IMG/VR virus record: IMGVR_UViG_3300033148_004507
Source: a virus
Lineage: Duplodnaviria; Heunggongvirae; Uroviricota; Caudoviricetes
Length of the DNA stretch: 64,000 nucleotides
Reading direction: 5' to 3' (one strand)
The position numbers and the translations under genes are program-made. Under the pieces are notes generated by a model. That model made no database searches. It saw only the letters and a program-made list of their open reading frames with translations, and was not told the origin of the DNA. Positions 37,300 through 47,154 of this stretch are shown in pieces (the first letter of the stretch is position 1; every line of letters begins with the position of its first letter).

Positions 37300-37508
37300 G
37301 ACAGCATGGATATATCTCCAAGAAGGATGCAATGGTCATGCTCGATACCATTCGCACCAGATACTTCACAGCAGAGAACCCGCATGATGCAGGGTACTAT
37401 CTGGGTCAGTTGCATATGATTGGGTATTGGTTCTTTTCCAATTCCGATTTCTTCCTGTCTGATGAGTTCATAGAGGCTCACGGCAAGTATGTGGAGGTGG
37501 GTGCATGA
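37296..37508 (+). CDS. hypothetical protein
   Basis: 70 aa. Confidence 0.45.
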   Translation: MRQHGYISKKDAMVMLDTIRTRYFTAENPHDAGYYLGQLHMIGYWFFSNSDFFLSDEFIEAHGKYVEVGA

Positions 37509-37786
37509 GTGACCACAGCGTAGCAGAAGAGATAGTCGCAAGGGTGGAAGCCAGCCAACAGACAGGCTTAGAAGGGGTGGTTATGAAAGCCATTACTGAC
37601 TACATGGAGGAGCTTGACGACAATGGCTACCGAAAGAATATGATGCCTACAAGATGGGAAGCCTCCCTAATGATGTTCTTTGCTAAGAAGAACAACGAGC
37701 ATTGCAGGTCTTGGGGCGAGGCTGGCGATGGTGGTATAGTGACAGAGATGCATTTCAAGACAGGGTGTGTGGAGGCGATAGAATGA
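37505..37786 (+). CDS. hypothetical protein
   Basis: 93 aa. Confidence 0.45.
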   Translation: MSDHSVAEEIVARVEASQQTGLEGVVMKAITDYMEELDDNGYRKNMMPTRWEASLMMFFAKKNNEHCRSWGEAGDGGIVTEMHFKTGCVEAIE

Positions 37787-38082
37787 ATACGCATAAAATA
37801 GAAGCTCTCGAAGGAGCTATGGCCGATGCCTGGGAAACACCAGACAACAAGTGGAGTGGCTTCCTAGACCCAGATAACGTGAAGAAGCAGTATAATTTCG
37901 GCCAGTACGTAAGGCTATCAGTCTTGAATGAGCCGACTAAGGAGGGCTACAAGTTCATAGTCTACTATGGGCCTACAGGCGTTTCCTTCGGCTTCAAGAC
38001 CTACATGGATGCAGAGGCATTCGCAAAGGGTAGGAACTCACATACAAATGCATTCAATGACTTGACGGGGTGGAAAGCATGA
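37783..38082 (+). CDS. hypothetical protein
   Basis: ATGA overlap start at 37783 within track ORF 37702. Confidence 0.45.
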   Translation: MNTHKIEALEGAMADAWETPDNKWSGFLDPDNVKKQYNFGQYVRLSVLNEPTKEGYKFIVYYGPTGVSFGFKTYMDAEAFAKGRNSHTNAFNDLTGWKA

Positions 38083-38444
38083 GCCAGATTGAGTTCATCC
38101 AGACATCTAAGGATAGGGATTACGAATACCAAAGCACATCGTATGAATTTGATGTGCTAATAGATGGCAAATCAATTGGTATGACATTCGATGCGGAATC
38201 GTCTGAGGGTAGGGTCTATGGTGATGTCTACTATATGGGTTCGGGCTACACAATAGATGTGCCAGGGACAATCACCACTGCCAAGAAGTACATCAAGGAG
38301 AATTGGCAAGAAATAATGAAGTTCTTTTCCGAGGAACTGGCACATGATGAATGGTCTGCCAGAGTAAAACTCACGGAAGCCAAGACCAAACTGGCCGAGG
38401 TCAGAGAAGATATGAGAATAATCAAAGAACTCAGGAGGTCATAA
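38070..38444 (+). CDS. hypothetical protein
   Basis: 124 aa. Confidence 0.45.
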   Translation: MESMSQIEFIQTSKDRDYEYQSTSYEFDVLIDGKSIGMTFDAESSEGRVYGDVYYMGSGYTIDVPGTITTAKKYIKENWQEIMKFFSEELAHDEWSARVKLTEAKTKLAEVREDMRIIKELRRS

Positions 38445-38446
38445 TT

Positions 38447-38620
38447 ATGGTAGAATGTCATGATAAAGAATGTACATACAATAGTCGCAATGTCCTGAAT
38501 CATTGCAAACTGGTTTCAGAAGAGGGCGGGACATTGATAATAGATGAGTCTGGGAAGTGCAAGATGAAACTGACAGATGAGAATCTTGCGAAGCTCATGG
38601 GGGGAACACATGATAACTGA
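38447..38620 (+). CDS. Cys-containing mini-protein
   Basis: ATG 38447; CHDKEC...; in-frame in track ORF 38351. Confidence 0.4.
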   Translation: MVECHDKECTYNSRNVLNHCKLVSEEGGTLIIDESGKCKMKLTDENLAKLMGGTHDN

Positions 38621-38909
38621 AGGGATAACTAATGTTGAGGATGCTACGGTCTTGCCGTGTAAGTATCCAGAGAACCCTGACCCGAAATACCTTCGTGCAT
38701 GGGCCGTAGAGGGTCATGGCGGGTACAACGGAGTCAAGACCATAGTGAAGGCTTACTTCGCCACAGACATCACGCAGGAGCTTGTTAAGATGTTCAGAGT
38801 GGGCATGATGCAATGCCCCATTGAAGAAGGGCTGTTCGAGGTCAGAAAAGACACTGAGGATGGCGAGAAGCTATTCACACTCAGAGTCATGGGGGAGGTG
38901 TCGGCATGA
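38610..38909 (+). CDS. hypothetical protein
   Basis: ATG 38610 overlapping upstream stop. Confidence 0.45.
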   Translation: MITEGITNVEDATVLPCKYPENPDPKYLRAWAVEGHGGYNGVKTIVKAYFATDITQELVKMFRVGMMQCPIEEGLFEVRKDTEDGEKLFTLRVMGEVSA

Positions 38910-39076
38910 ATGGCACAGATGATGGCGTGGTGGGGAAGAGAATAAGCTGTATGCTTGCACACCACCAATTGAAGATGAATGCAATAAATAAGGTCAGGGA
39001 TGAATTGCTGTATGAGAGGATAACTCCAGAGAAGGCAATGTTCAAGCTTGACATGATAGCACAGGGGGTAATATAA
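38906..39076 (+). CDS. 56-aa hypothetical (not in track)
   Basis: ATGA start; TAATG end overlap with 39076. Confidence 0.4.
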   Translation: MNGTDDGVVGKRISCMLAHHQLKMNAINKVRDELLYERITPEKAMFKLDMIAQGVI

Positions 39077-39309
39077 TGAAAATAGATTATGATACATCAG
39101 GGAATGAGTTATTTGGGGTTAGATTTGTGACTGAAAGTGAGCTAGATAGGGAAATTCTTGCGAGATTGTTGGAGGGCAACATGTTCCAGAACCATCCCAA
39201 TCTAATAATCGATGGCGAAGATTATGGCTTTTTAAGATTTGAAGGTAAGCCAATTATCGTCAAATCTACGGTTGAAAGACTATCGGTAAGTCGTGAGGAG
39301 GTGGTCTAA
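39076..39309 (+). CDS. hypothetical protein ending EEVV
   Basis: 77 aa; junction GAGGAGGTGGTCTAATG. Confidence 0.45.
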   Translation: MKIDYDTSGNELFGVRFVTESELDREILARLLEGNMFQNHPNLIIDGEDYGFLRFEGKPIIVKSTVERLSVSREEVV

Positions 39310-39656
39310 TGGTTGAACAATATGAGAACTACTGCATATGTCGGGACTGCGGGTATTTGGCGAGAGGTGGTAAATTCCCATCAAAGCCAACCTACGAGTC
39401 AGATGAGACAGCAGACCCCTATTGCCCGAAATGTAATTCTGACATGATATTCGCATCATCTACGAAAGAGGTCATGGATGTCGCACTTCAGAACAGTGAT
39501 ATTGAAGGTTATTATAAACAGAAATACAAGTGTGTTGTCTGTGGCAGAATCCAGATAAAGGCTGAGATGTATAAAGACCCTCTGAGCATGGGGGCGAATA
39601 AGGACACATGTGCAAATCTTACATGTGGGGCTTCAATGTTTGAGGAGGTGGTCTAA
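39309..39656 (+). CDS. multi-zinc-ribbon protein ending EEVV
   Basis: CICRDCGY, CPKCNSD, CVVCGR, CANLTCG. Confidence 0.55.
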   Translation: MVEQYENYCICRDCGYLARGGKFPSKPTYESDETADPYCPKCNSDMIFASSTKEVMDVALQNSDIEGYYKQKYKCVVCGRIQIKAEMYKDPLSMGANKDTCANLTCGASMFEEVV

Positions 39657-39745
39657 TTTCCACTCATAAGCTGACAGTACAACAGTCTGGGACTAATGGG
39701 CTTACTGCCTTTTCCATCCATCTAAAGACGGCAGAGGGCCGTGAG

Positions 39746-40330
39746 ATGGAAGCTGGAATCAATGTGTTCCACGATGGCAAGATGGCTCTATTCGGGATGA
39801 AAGGCAAATCCCACATTTCTCACGATAACCACAATTCAAAGAAGAGAGTAATATCGGCATTCGGTATGCTCGATGAGATTGTCAGGTATGCGGAGGAAGA
39901 AATGGCAACGAGGTATAGTTTCGATGACGAAGAGAGAAGGGAGCTTCAGGTTGCAATGGAAAGAAAGAGGGATGCTCTGATGACGGAGTTCTCTAAGCAG
40001 TCGGCATCTATGCATATCAATGCGGTCAAGTACAAAGCTAAAGAGGTCAAACACGGTGATTGTCCGAGATGTGGAGGGGGCTTATTACCATCAATCTCAG
40101 ACAATAAACGGTTGGGATGTGCTAACTGTGGGTTGTTCCTAGATGAGATGGACAAGCCATTACCTCCCCCGCCACCGATGATTGATTGTCCAACTTGCGG
40201 TGGTACTGGTGAAGAATACTTGGATGATGAGGCCGATTCGTTAATAGTCTGCCCACACCCGCTATGCAAAGGTACGGGGAGAATACCGAAGCCAATTACC
40301 ATTGCAGGCAAGAAGGGGGAGTCGGCATGA
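39746..40330 (+). CDS. DnaJ-type CxxCxGxG zinc-finger protein (paralog 3)
   Basis: DCPTCGGTGEE ... CPHPLCKGTGRIPKPITIAG; also CPRCGGG...CANCG. Confidence 0.6.
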   Translation: MEAGINVFHDGKMALFGMKGKSHISHDNHNSKKRVISAFGMLDEIVRYAEEEMATRYSFDDEERRELQVAMERKRDALMTEFSKQSASMHINAVKYKAKEVKHGDCPRCGGGLLPSISDNKRLGCANCGLFLDEMDKPLPPPPPMIDCPTCGGTGEEYLDDEADSLIVCPHPLCKGTGRIPKPITIAGKKGESA

Positions 40331-40635
40331 ACGAGATAATCCCACTTCAATTCCTTGGTCGGATTTGGCACTTCGGGGATACAACCGAGGTCTACGTTGA
40401 CATGGAAACTGGAAAGACGTACAAGCCTGTGAGCAGTCAGGGACTTTCGATTGAGGAGCTAGAGGCGTTCCGAGATGGCAAGGGTGGTAATAACCACATC
40501 ATCGGTCAGATGGGCGACCACAGGGGGAATAAAATGGTCTATCAACAATACACACTTGCAGACTTCACAAATCAGATATATGAAGCATTGAGGGAAGGCA
40601 TGAACGTCTTTGAGAATATCAAGGGGGTGGCTTGA
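40327..40635 (+). CDS. hypothetical protein
   Basis: ATGA start 40327 in-frame in track ORF 40264. Confidence 0.45.
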   Translation: MNEIIPLQFLGRIWHFGDTTEVYVDMETGKTYKPVSSQGLSIEELEAFRDGKGGNNHIIGQMGDHRGNKMVYQQYTLADFTNQIYEALREGMNVFENIKGVA

Positions 40636-41045
40636 TGAATGACTGCAATAATTCGAAGCAGAATGGTTTAGTATCATTAGGTCGAGGCATGATTATCGGG
40701 GTTATTCTAGCACTTATATTCATCCCTATGATTGGATTACTATTAGAGTATTTATTGACTACATTCAACATTTCTAGAGATGGGATTAGTTTCGGTCTGT
40801 TATTGGTAGGATTATTTGTAATTATAATTTGTAGAACTTCATTTGTATTTATATTAAAGTTGATTGTACCGCCAGATTCAGTAGTTTTTGAGTGTAATAG
40901 ATGTGGTAAAACAATAGAATTCGAGAATAGAAAAGATAGCCATACATTCAGCTATTGGAATTGGAGAAAGATTCTTAAACAGAAAGGATGGAAGATTGAA
41001 TTCGGGAAGCATTTTTGTCAAACATGCAAGAGGGGTGATGCTTGA
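40632..41045 (+). CDS. membrane protein with C-terminal zinc ribbon
   Basis: 2-3 TM helices; CNRCGK...CQTCK. Confidence 0.5.
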   Translation: MMNDCNNSKQNGLVSLGRGMIIGVILALIFIPMIGLLLEYLLTTFNISRDGISFGLLLVGLFVIIICRTSFVFILKLIVPPDSVVFECNRCGKTIEFENRKDSHTFSYWNWRKILKQKGWKIEFGKHFCQTCKRGDA

Positions 41046-41197
41046 TGGAATGCCTCGACCCAGAATGCAAAGGCAAGGCATATATTGAAAGAAGAGAGGG
41101 TGGCAATCCATTCGAAGTCCAGTGTAGGAAATGTAAGAAGTGGTTTACGATGGAGACGAAATTGATGCCATTGGATATAGGGGAGGTTAAAGAATGA
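41045..41197 (+). CDS. 50-aa zinc-ribbon mini-protein (not in track)
   Basis: CLDPEC...CRKCKK; TGATG / ATGA overlaps both sides. Confidence 0.4.
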   Translation: MECLDPECKGKAYIERREGGNPFEVQCRKCKKWFTMETKLMPLDIGEVKE

Positions 41198-41508
41198 TAG
41201 CGAAGAAAGAACTAACAGGGACAGTAATCAAGAAGGAGCTTGGGGCTAGGAGGTGTGTCCAGAGGTGGCACAATAAGAACAAGAGTGGTGGGAATTTCGG
41301 TTTCAACATCTACTTTAGCGAAGAGTTTGACCGAGCCACAGACAAGGAGATAACGGGAGAGTACAATCGGGATGGTGATATAATTAATCTCAGGTTCGGC
41401 ACTCTTTGGCAGTTGGGTGGCTCAGTGCCAGCAGATGCTATTGAGAGCAAGACTGCACTGTTCGATTATATCAGAAAGTACATTGAATCTGAGCAGGGGG
41501 TGAAGTGA
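41194..41508 (+). CDS. hypothetical protein
   Basis: 104 aa. Confidence 0.45.
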   Translation: MIAKKELTGTVIKKELGARRCVQRWHNKNKSGGNFGFNIYFSEEFDRATDKEITGEYNRDGDIINLRFGTLWQLGGSVPADAIESKTALFDYIRKYIESEQGVK

Positions 41509-41847
41509 ATGGAATGTCAAAGAGAAGGATGCGGTGACGAAGCTCTTTATGCGGTTCAACTAATGTCTGCCAGAGGCTATCGTGTAGGTCTATGTAGGGC
41601 TTGTGCTGTGGATGAATTGGCAGAAATAGGGATTGAATCTTCTTTAGATTTATTGGGTTCTACATATTCTCATATTATAATTGATGCAGATTGGTGGAAA
41701 CCACATTTCCATTATGATAGAATAGATGCCGATGTCCTTGACATGTTGCAGAGGGAAGAGGTTGCGAAATTAGTGCCACTTGTCGGTGAAGAGAAGGCGA
41801 TGAAAATATTGAAAGAGATGCAGAAATGGAAAAAGGAGGGTGCATAA
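41509..41847 (+). CDS. Cys-containing hypothetical protein
   Basis: CQREGCGD...CRAC. Confidence 0.45.
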   Translation: MECQREGCGDEALYAVQLMSARGYRVGLCRACAVDELAEIGIESSLDLLGSTYSHIIIDADWWKPHFHYDRIDADVLDMLQREEVAKLVPLVGEEKAMKILKEMQKWKKEGA

Positions 41848-42044
41848 TGCCTACGGTAATATGCGGATACTGTATGTATGTCGGTCAGGGCGAATGTGAA
41901 ACTACAATGTGGCAAGATGCTCAAGTACATGAGTTAGAACACCACATGGAAGAACTTATAGATGAGTATGGGCAAGACCACATTGATTACCTCAAAGAAG
42001 TCTATGAAGAAGAGCTTAAGGTGAAGGCCGACACTAAAGGTTAG
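41847..42044 (+). CDS. hypothetical mini-protein
   Basis: TAATG start 41847; CGYCMYVGQGEC. Confidence 0.45.
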   Translation: MPTVICGYCMYVGQGECETTMWQDAQVHELEHHMEELIDEYGQDHIDYLKEVYEEELKVKADTKG

Positions 42045-42094
42045 GACAGCATAACTATATATACTGCTGATGTATACTAAGTGACGGTGATAAC
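42045..42094 (+). promoter_or_regulatory. promoter/RBS cassette copy
   Basis: GACAGCATAACTATATATACT...GTGACGGTGATAACATG. Confidence 0.6.
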
Positions 42095-43033
42095 ATGACA
42101 GGCGACAAGGATTCAACTGGAAATGGAGCAGGCGAAGGGATAGAAATCAACCCTATAGACATAGTGCCAGGGAAGGCATTCGAGATAATCTCGATAGGCT
42201 GTACTATGGCTACAGTGGACGGCAGTCTTATTGAATTGAGGGTTGGGACGATAATAAAGGCATTGAATAAGACGGTATACCGCATCGTTCACAATATATC
42301 GTGGCCGTCATTTAAGATAAAGGCAACGATGCCTGATGGGAATGTAATATATGGTATGTATTTTGTAAACTATACATCCCCATTTTCAAGATTCTTAAAA
42401 GAGATAGACGACCCAGACTTTGACGATTCGGGGCGTGTTAAATGCCATATATGCTCTCTCATTCCATTACCAGAGCTTGCCTACAAAGTCAAGGGCGGGA
42501 TTGTATGTAATGAATGTATGCACAAGCATACAGAATACGATTATGATAAGAAGGTGGAAATGCTCATCATTCCAGAGCTTAAAGTCAACAAAGAAGCATT
42601 CAATAAAGATGGGGAATACATATTTTCGACTGTGCATGAGCATGCCAATCACTTTGTTGAAGAGTACAAGGGAATTGAGATTCACCTTAAGAGGGATTTC
42701 CTGCCAGAGCAGAGAGTTCGAGGATACGTGGGCGTAAAGGGCAGTTGCAACGTTATGCCTGGTGCTGTTTGGTACAAGAGCATCACGCAGATTAAAGAGG
42801 GTATAGACACCTTCTTGCAAGCTGGCGGTCTTACAGAACACTATGATAACAAGTATTTCTGGGACTTGACCCATAAGGAGTACGCTAAGTACGAAATATG
42901 TGAGGGTTGTGGCAAGATGGTCTACAGAGACAGTCTGGGGCATATCAAAGAGGACATCACAACAGCAGTTCAGAAGAACGTGCATCACACAAAACACCTG
43001 GGTGAGCATAAATGCAAGGGGAAGGTGGCCTAA
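42095..43033 (+). CDS. Cys-rich protein, N-terminus MTGDKDSTGNGAG identical to 36635 gene
   Basis: 312 aa; CHICS...CNECMHKH, CEGCGK. Confidence 0.55.
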   Translation: MTGDKDSTGNGAGEGIEINPIDIVPGKAFEIISIGCTMATVDGSLIELRVGTIIKALNKTVYRIVHNISWPSFKIKATMPDGNVIYGMYFVNYTSPFSRFLKEIDDPDFDDSGRVKCHICSLIPLPELAYKVKGGIVCNECMHKHTEYDYDKKVEMLIIPELKVNKEAFNKDGEYIFSTVHEHANHFVEEYKGIEIHLKRDFLPEQRVRGYVGVKGSCNVMPGAVWYKSITQIKEGIDTFLQAGGLTEHYDNKYFWDLTHKEYAKYEICEGCGKMVYRDSLGHIKEDITTAVQKNVHHTKHLGEHKCKGKVA

Positions 43034-43779
43034 TGACTGACAACCTAGCACATTACACATTGAATGGCGACCTGAATCAGATGAGCATCATGAGACAACG
43101 GCTCAGAGAAGCAGGATTTCCTGTAGTGATGAACGATGTTTACCATGGCTTCAGGTTGGCAGACAAGGATGAATACATCAAGGCACTGCAATTTCTGTTT
43201 GATAACAGGGTGTCTGGGTGGTGGAATCAGAAGGAGAGGCTGTTCAAAGAGGGCATATGCACTTTGGATGAATACGCTATGGCTATTGGCCGAGGGTTTG
43301 ATGCCCATCTTCCAGATTTGAAGCCAACTCTTCAAGAATGTCTTGATGACATCAAGGAATGGACTCATCTCGATGAGTACCGTCATGGTAATAAGATTGT
43401 AGTGAAGAATGCCAGGGTGGAAATCATGACTCAGAACCTCGACCCCAAAGAGACGGATGAGGAGTACAAGAAGATATGGGGACACTATGACTATTGGTAC
43501 AACTATTTCACAGGCGACCTTTCTACGAGGCGGTTTGAATACCTGCTAAAATTATCTGGGAGATGGGACTGTTTTATAACGGTCACACATGAGAGGGGTA
43601 TGCTTGCTTTCAAAATATCTGACGGCACACACGCTGGAGAGAACTTCGAGGGATACCATAAATTATGTGGGAATCCAGTTATGGAAGAAGAAGATGCCTC
43701 TGGGCAGTACACATGTCACAGATGTGGCCGTGTAAACACCAAAGACATTATGCCTTTCAGGGGTGATTGTGATGAATGA
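43033..43779 (+). CDS. hypothetical protein
   Basis: TAATG start 43033; 248 aa. Confidence 0.5.
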   Translation: MTDNLAHYTLNGDLNQMSIMRQRLREAGFPVVMNDVYHGFRLADKDEYIKALQFLFDNRVSGWWNQKERLFKEGICTLDEYAMAIGRGFDAHLPDLKPTLQECLDDIKEWTHLDEYRHGNKIVVKNARVEIMTQNLDPKETDEEYKKIWGHYDYWYNYFTGDLSTRRFEYLLKLSGRWDCFITVTHERGMLAFKISDGTHAGENFEGYHKLCGNPVMEEEDASGQYTCHRCGRVNTKDIMPFRGDCDE

Positions 43780-43999
43780 TAATGAAGCCGATTATGTTGA
43801 CTTCGGAGATGTGTGCAGAGGTCAGCTAGGTATGCAATGCCAGTATGGTATGTATTATGTCGTAGGGCTTGCAGGCTATCCGAATTTGAGCGAGGGAATA
43901 AGACTCGTAGGCAATCCAGATGATTGGCACAGGTTGAAGATTCATAAAGACGATGTTGATGAGTTTGTCAAGCGAGTCAATGAATGGAGGGGGAAATAA
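43772..43999 (+). CDS. hypothetical mini-protein
   Basis: ATG 43772. Confidence 0.4.
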   Translation: MNDNEADYVDFGDVCRGQLGMQCQYGMYYVVGLAGYPNLSEGIRLVGNPDDWHRLKIHKDDVDEFVKRVNEWRGK

Positions 44000-44307
44000 T
44001 GGCTGACAATCTAAGAGAAACATTAACTTGTGAGTATCAAGAATTTAATGATAAATACGCAGTCAAGAACAATGGACTTATACTCAGAACCTTTGATGAT
44101 GAGAGGGATGCAGAAGATTACATGGATGGTCTTGTCAAGAACCATGATTCTCAAGCATCTAAGGGTGCATGTACATTCTGTGGCAGTAATGACCGTGAAG
44201 AGCTTCCTGGCTATTATTCTGGTGGCGATAAAGATTCTGGAGACATGGGTATTTGGAATCCCGACCAATATAAGTGCATGGAGTGTGGCAACATTGACTA
44301 CTGGTGA
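43999..44307 (+). CDS. zinc-ribbon protein
   Basis: CTFCGSND...CMECGN. Confidence 0.5.
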   Translation: MADNLRETLTCEYQEFNDKYAVKNNGLILRTFDDERDAEDYMDGLVKNHDSQASKGACTFCGSNDREELPGYYSGGDKDSGDMGIWNPDQYKCMECGNIDYW

Positions 44308-44403
44308 ATTAGATAGGGTAGAAGAGATGGGCATCCACAGGATATACTGGCGATACGGTATCTGGTTGGGCGATGATGACCGCTTTAGAAGAGGTGAGTC
44401 ACA

Positions 44404-44658
44404 ATGATTGATATAAGCCAGGAACCGTACTGTCACGGTAGCTATGGTTCAAAACATGGATGCAATATAAATTGTTTTCATGTCACCACTTGCCGAAGTA
44501 AAACTACGGGATTGAAGATTCACATGGAGAGTGCAATTAGCAACAAGACTGAGGTTCTATGTGGTATGCCACGAACCGAGGACTCGATATTGGTTTCGAA
44601 TCCATCAGGCAAACCGACTTGTAAGAGATGCTTGAAGATAATTGGGGGTGAGGTATAA
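44404..44658 (+). CDS. Cys-rich mini-protein
   Basis: CHGSYGSKHGCNINCFH...CKRC. Confidence 0.5.
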   Translation: MIDISQEPYCHGSYGSKHGCNINCFHVTTCRSKTTGLKIHMESAISNKTEVLCGMPRTEDSILVSNPSGKPTCKRCLKIIGGEV

Positions 44659-44795
44659 TGACCCGCACTATCGTATCAGAGAGGGAAATCACCAAGATTC
44701 TCAGGGAGTATTTTGGTTGCTCTAACGGGGAGCTTCAGCACATAGATGGTAGCAACGGGGATTTCGTTGAGTTTGTGTGGCGGGAGGAATCCTAA
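44658..44795 (+). CDS. 45-aa hypothetical (not in track)
   Basis: TAATG overlaps at both ends. Confidence 0.35.
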   Translation: MTRTIVSEREITKILREYFGCSNGELQHIDGSNGDFVEFVWREES

Positions 44796-45124
44796 TGACT
44801 GTCATGAAAATACCGATAATCCAATTGGATGAATATTCTCATATTGCGGAATATTTCAGGAGTTTAGGTTGGGAGGAATCTGTTGAAGATACTACTGATG
44901 ACCCAATAAATACTGGCAAATATTGGATATTCAAAGGGAGTATAACAGAGATGTCTAATCTAAGTAATGAGATGACAGACCACCAGAAAGAGAGCATAGA
45001 TAAGGTCAGTGAATTTATGAATCGTGATGATGTGCCAGAGGACATCAAACACGCATACCATCACGGTGTCAGGAGTTGGATGGTCACACTTAGCTATATG
45101 CTTATAAAGAAGGAGGGGGAATAA
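44795..45124 (+). CDS. hypothetical protein
   Basis: ATG 44795 in-frame in track ORF 44777. Confidence 0.45.
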   Translation: MTVMKIPIIQLDEYSHIAEYFRSLGWEESVEDTTDDPINTGKYWIFKGSITEMSNLSNEMTDHQKESIDKVSEFMNRDDVPEDIKHAYHHGVRSWMVTLSYMLIKKEGE

Positions 45125-45606
45125 TGGAAATATTACAGAGGCTATCGAAGGCAAGAAGAATGGTCAGGGAAGGGAAAGACGTATCTGCACTTGCAGAGCT
45201 TGATAAACTGGACGATGAGTTGGAGAAATATATCGTTTATATGGAGAAGCACTGTACTACCTGGGAACCATTCAACGATTATTATCGGCATTTCCCACGC
45301 GGGCCTTGTGAGAATAATTTCCAATGCGGTGGAGCATATGTATGTTCTCTAACCAATGGGCTATGCAACAGTAAATATACGGATATGAGGTGTAAGGATT
45401 ATACCGAGAGGTACGTCACTGACAAGGCGGTATTTGACAAGGTTCACTATTTGCAAATAAAGTCTCCAGAAATAGTTAAGAAATTCGAGAGATGGATAGC
45501 CAAAGAAGGCCATGCAAACACAGTAAAGAACTTTGTGGCATGGCTTGTCACTGTCGAAGTCAAGGAACAGATTCTAGAAAGGGGTGGGGGCAAACAAGAT
45601 GAATAA
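45124..45606 (+). CDS. hypothetical Cys-containing protein
   Basis: 160 aa. Confidence 0.5.
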   Translation: MEILQRLSKARRMVREGKDVSALAELDKLDDELEKYIVYMEKHCTTWEPFNDYYRHFPRGPCENNFQCGGAYVCSLTNGLCNSKYTDMRCKDYTERYVTDKAVFDKVHYLQIKSPEIVKKFERWIAKEGHANTVKNFVAWLVTVEVKEQILERGGGKQDE

Positions 45607-45766
45607 AGTGATTGTGTGTAGTGTCTGCTCATATGGGTTGAGAATATTCTTCGATGAGCAGGGGCGATTGAAAGTCGGGTGCGGGGCTACCAAAGAGGAT
45701 AAACCTGCAATTATGGATGAGGATGATTGTGATAGATTCAAACTATGGGGGGGATGTAAAGAATGA
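45599..45766 (+). CDS. zinc-ribbon mini-protein
   Basis: CSVCSYG...CG...GGCKE. Confidence 0.4.
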   Translation: MNKVIVCSVCSYGLRIFFDEQGRLKVGCGATKEDKPAIMDEDDCDRFKLWGGCKE

Positions 45767-45948
45767 AGGTGTTCAATCTTGACGAACTTATGGATTTCCT
45801 TGCCGATGGCAAGACGATGGTATATCGTGATTGTCAGGATAAAGCCGACAGATGAGAACATCCAAAAACTCACAGAAATGGGCAAGGTTCTCCATACTCG
45901 CCAGATAACTGACCAGATGATACTCGACACTATAGGGGAGAGGGTATA

Positions 45949-46494
45949 ATGGGCAAGAGGTCGCTGAAATTCTTCAGAAAGCATGAGGCGAGGTTGAAAA
46001 AGCATGGGATTCATGTCCAAACGGATGAAGAGATAGTAATGTACAAATTAAAGCGAAAGATGGACTGGAAAGATAAAAAGCCTGTAATTATACACAAAAT
46101 CCTATTAATTGTGATAACTATTGCATTATTTGGTGGGGCTTTGGGAATTAGAGAGCATATGGCAATGGATTTAAGGAATGAATTGGAAGAGCAGAAAGAA
46201 CTAGCTTTGTTAGAATTACCTGTGTACTCTGGGAAAGTAGTAGATGTTGATTATGGTCGGTATAATCTCATTTATCTATATGCAATAATTAGGCTTGAAG
46301 ATGGTCGGTCATTTGCTTTAGAATTTAATTACGATACAAACAAACTCCCAGAAATCATTCATAATAGGACTTATAATTTCTGGCTAATACCTACTGACTC
46401 TGGATTTCTATTAAGAGATGGAGAACAGGATATTGTTAGTCCTGAGAATTTGCCAATGTGGGATGATGCTAAGATTGAGGAGGTCATACCATGA
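45949..46494 (+). CDS. membrane-anchored protein
   Basis: TM helix VIIHKILLIVITIALFGGALGI. Confidence 0.5.
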   Translation: MGKRSLKFFRKHEARLKKHGIHVQTDEEIVMYKLKRKMDWKDKKPVIIHKILLIVITIALFGGALGIREHMAMDLRNELEEQKELALLELPVYSGKVVDVDYGRYNLIYLYAIIRLEDGRSFALEFNYDTNKLPEIIHNRTYNFWLIPTDSGFLLRDGEQDIVSPENLPMWDDAKIEEVIP

Positions 46495-46660
46495 AGAAAA
46501 GCAAGACTCGTAAGGTGATTGACGACATAGACAAGAATCCTGAAAAATATGGCACGACTAAGAAGCACATCAACCAAGTCAACGGATGGGTTGCAGAGGC
46601 AGACGGCTTTAAGAAGCCTAGGAAGAAGAGGGCCAAGAAAGTTGAATCGGGGGACGATTA
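46490..46660 (+). CDS. 56-aa basic protein (not in track)
   Basis: KKPRKKRAKK tail; ATGA start overlap; frame-checked. Confidence 0.4.
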
Positions 46661-46712
46661 GTCTGACACAATTAAGACAGCATAATGTTTATAAGGAAAG
46701 AGGTGATTAGGT

Positions 46713-46973
46713 ATGATTATGTGTATAGAGGACGTAGATTGGGAAAGGCAGGCGAAGCATTTCTTAGAGAAGCATGGTTGGGAATTTGACGAGCATGGAT
46801 TGGGAACGCATGAGTTGTTTCCACTGGCCGAGGACTTCAGTATGGGTCGCTACGTCAGATTTTGTAAATCAATGTATGAGGGGGTTTGGAATTCATACAG
46901 GGCATACATTCATGGCACAGTCATATTAAACGAAATTGAAGAGGTGGACTCAGATGGCGACAGTGATAATTGA
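46713..46973 (+). CDS. hypothetical protein
   Basis: 86 aa. Confidence 0.45.
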   Translation: MIMCIEDVDWERQAKHFLEKHGWEFDEHGLGTHELFPLAEDFSMGRYVRFCKSMYEGVWNSYRAYIHGTVILNEIEEVDSDGDSDN

Positions 46974-47154
46974 GCAAGGAGACGGCAAATCTCTGAACGA
47001 GGGTGTGGTGACATTGCATCCAGGTTGGTTTATAGGCAATGTCTTTACTGAGAAAGCAATAAGTGAGATATTGGACGACCATTTCAAAGATGGTTATGTG
47101 GTGAAGCATGGAACTCCGAATCATTATGTTCTTTACAAGGGTGTGTCTGAATGA
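46954..47154 (+). CDS. hypothetical protein
   Basis: ATG 46954 in-frame in track ORF 46936. Confidence 0.4.
   Translation: MATVIIEQGDGKSLNEGVVTLHPGWFIGNVFTEKAISEILDDHFKDGYVVKHGTPNHYVLYKGVSE

Noticed and set aside
42467-43060. 197-aa minus-strand ORF
   Set aside because: It is the antisense of the well-supported gene 42095..43033 that sits behind a promoter cassette.
44030-44407. 125-aa + strand ORF in an alternative frame
   Set aside because: It overlaps 43999..44307 almost completely in another frame. The latter has the TAATG-coupled start and zinc-ribbon features.
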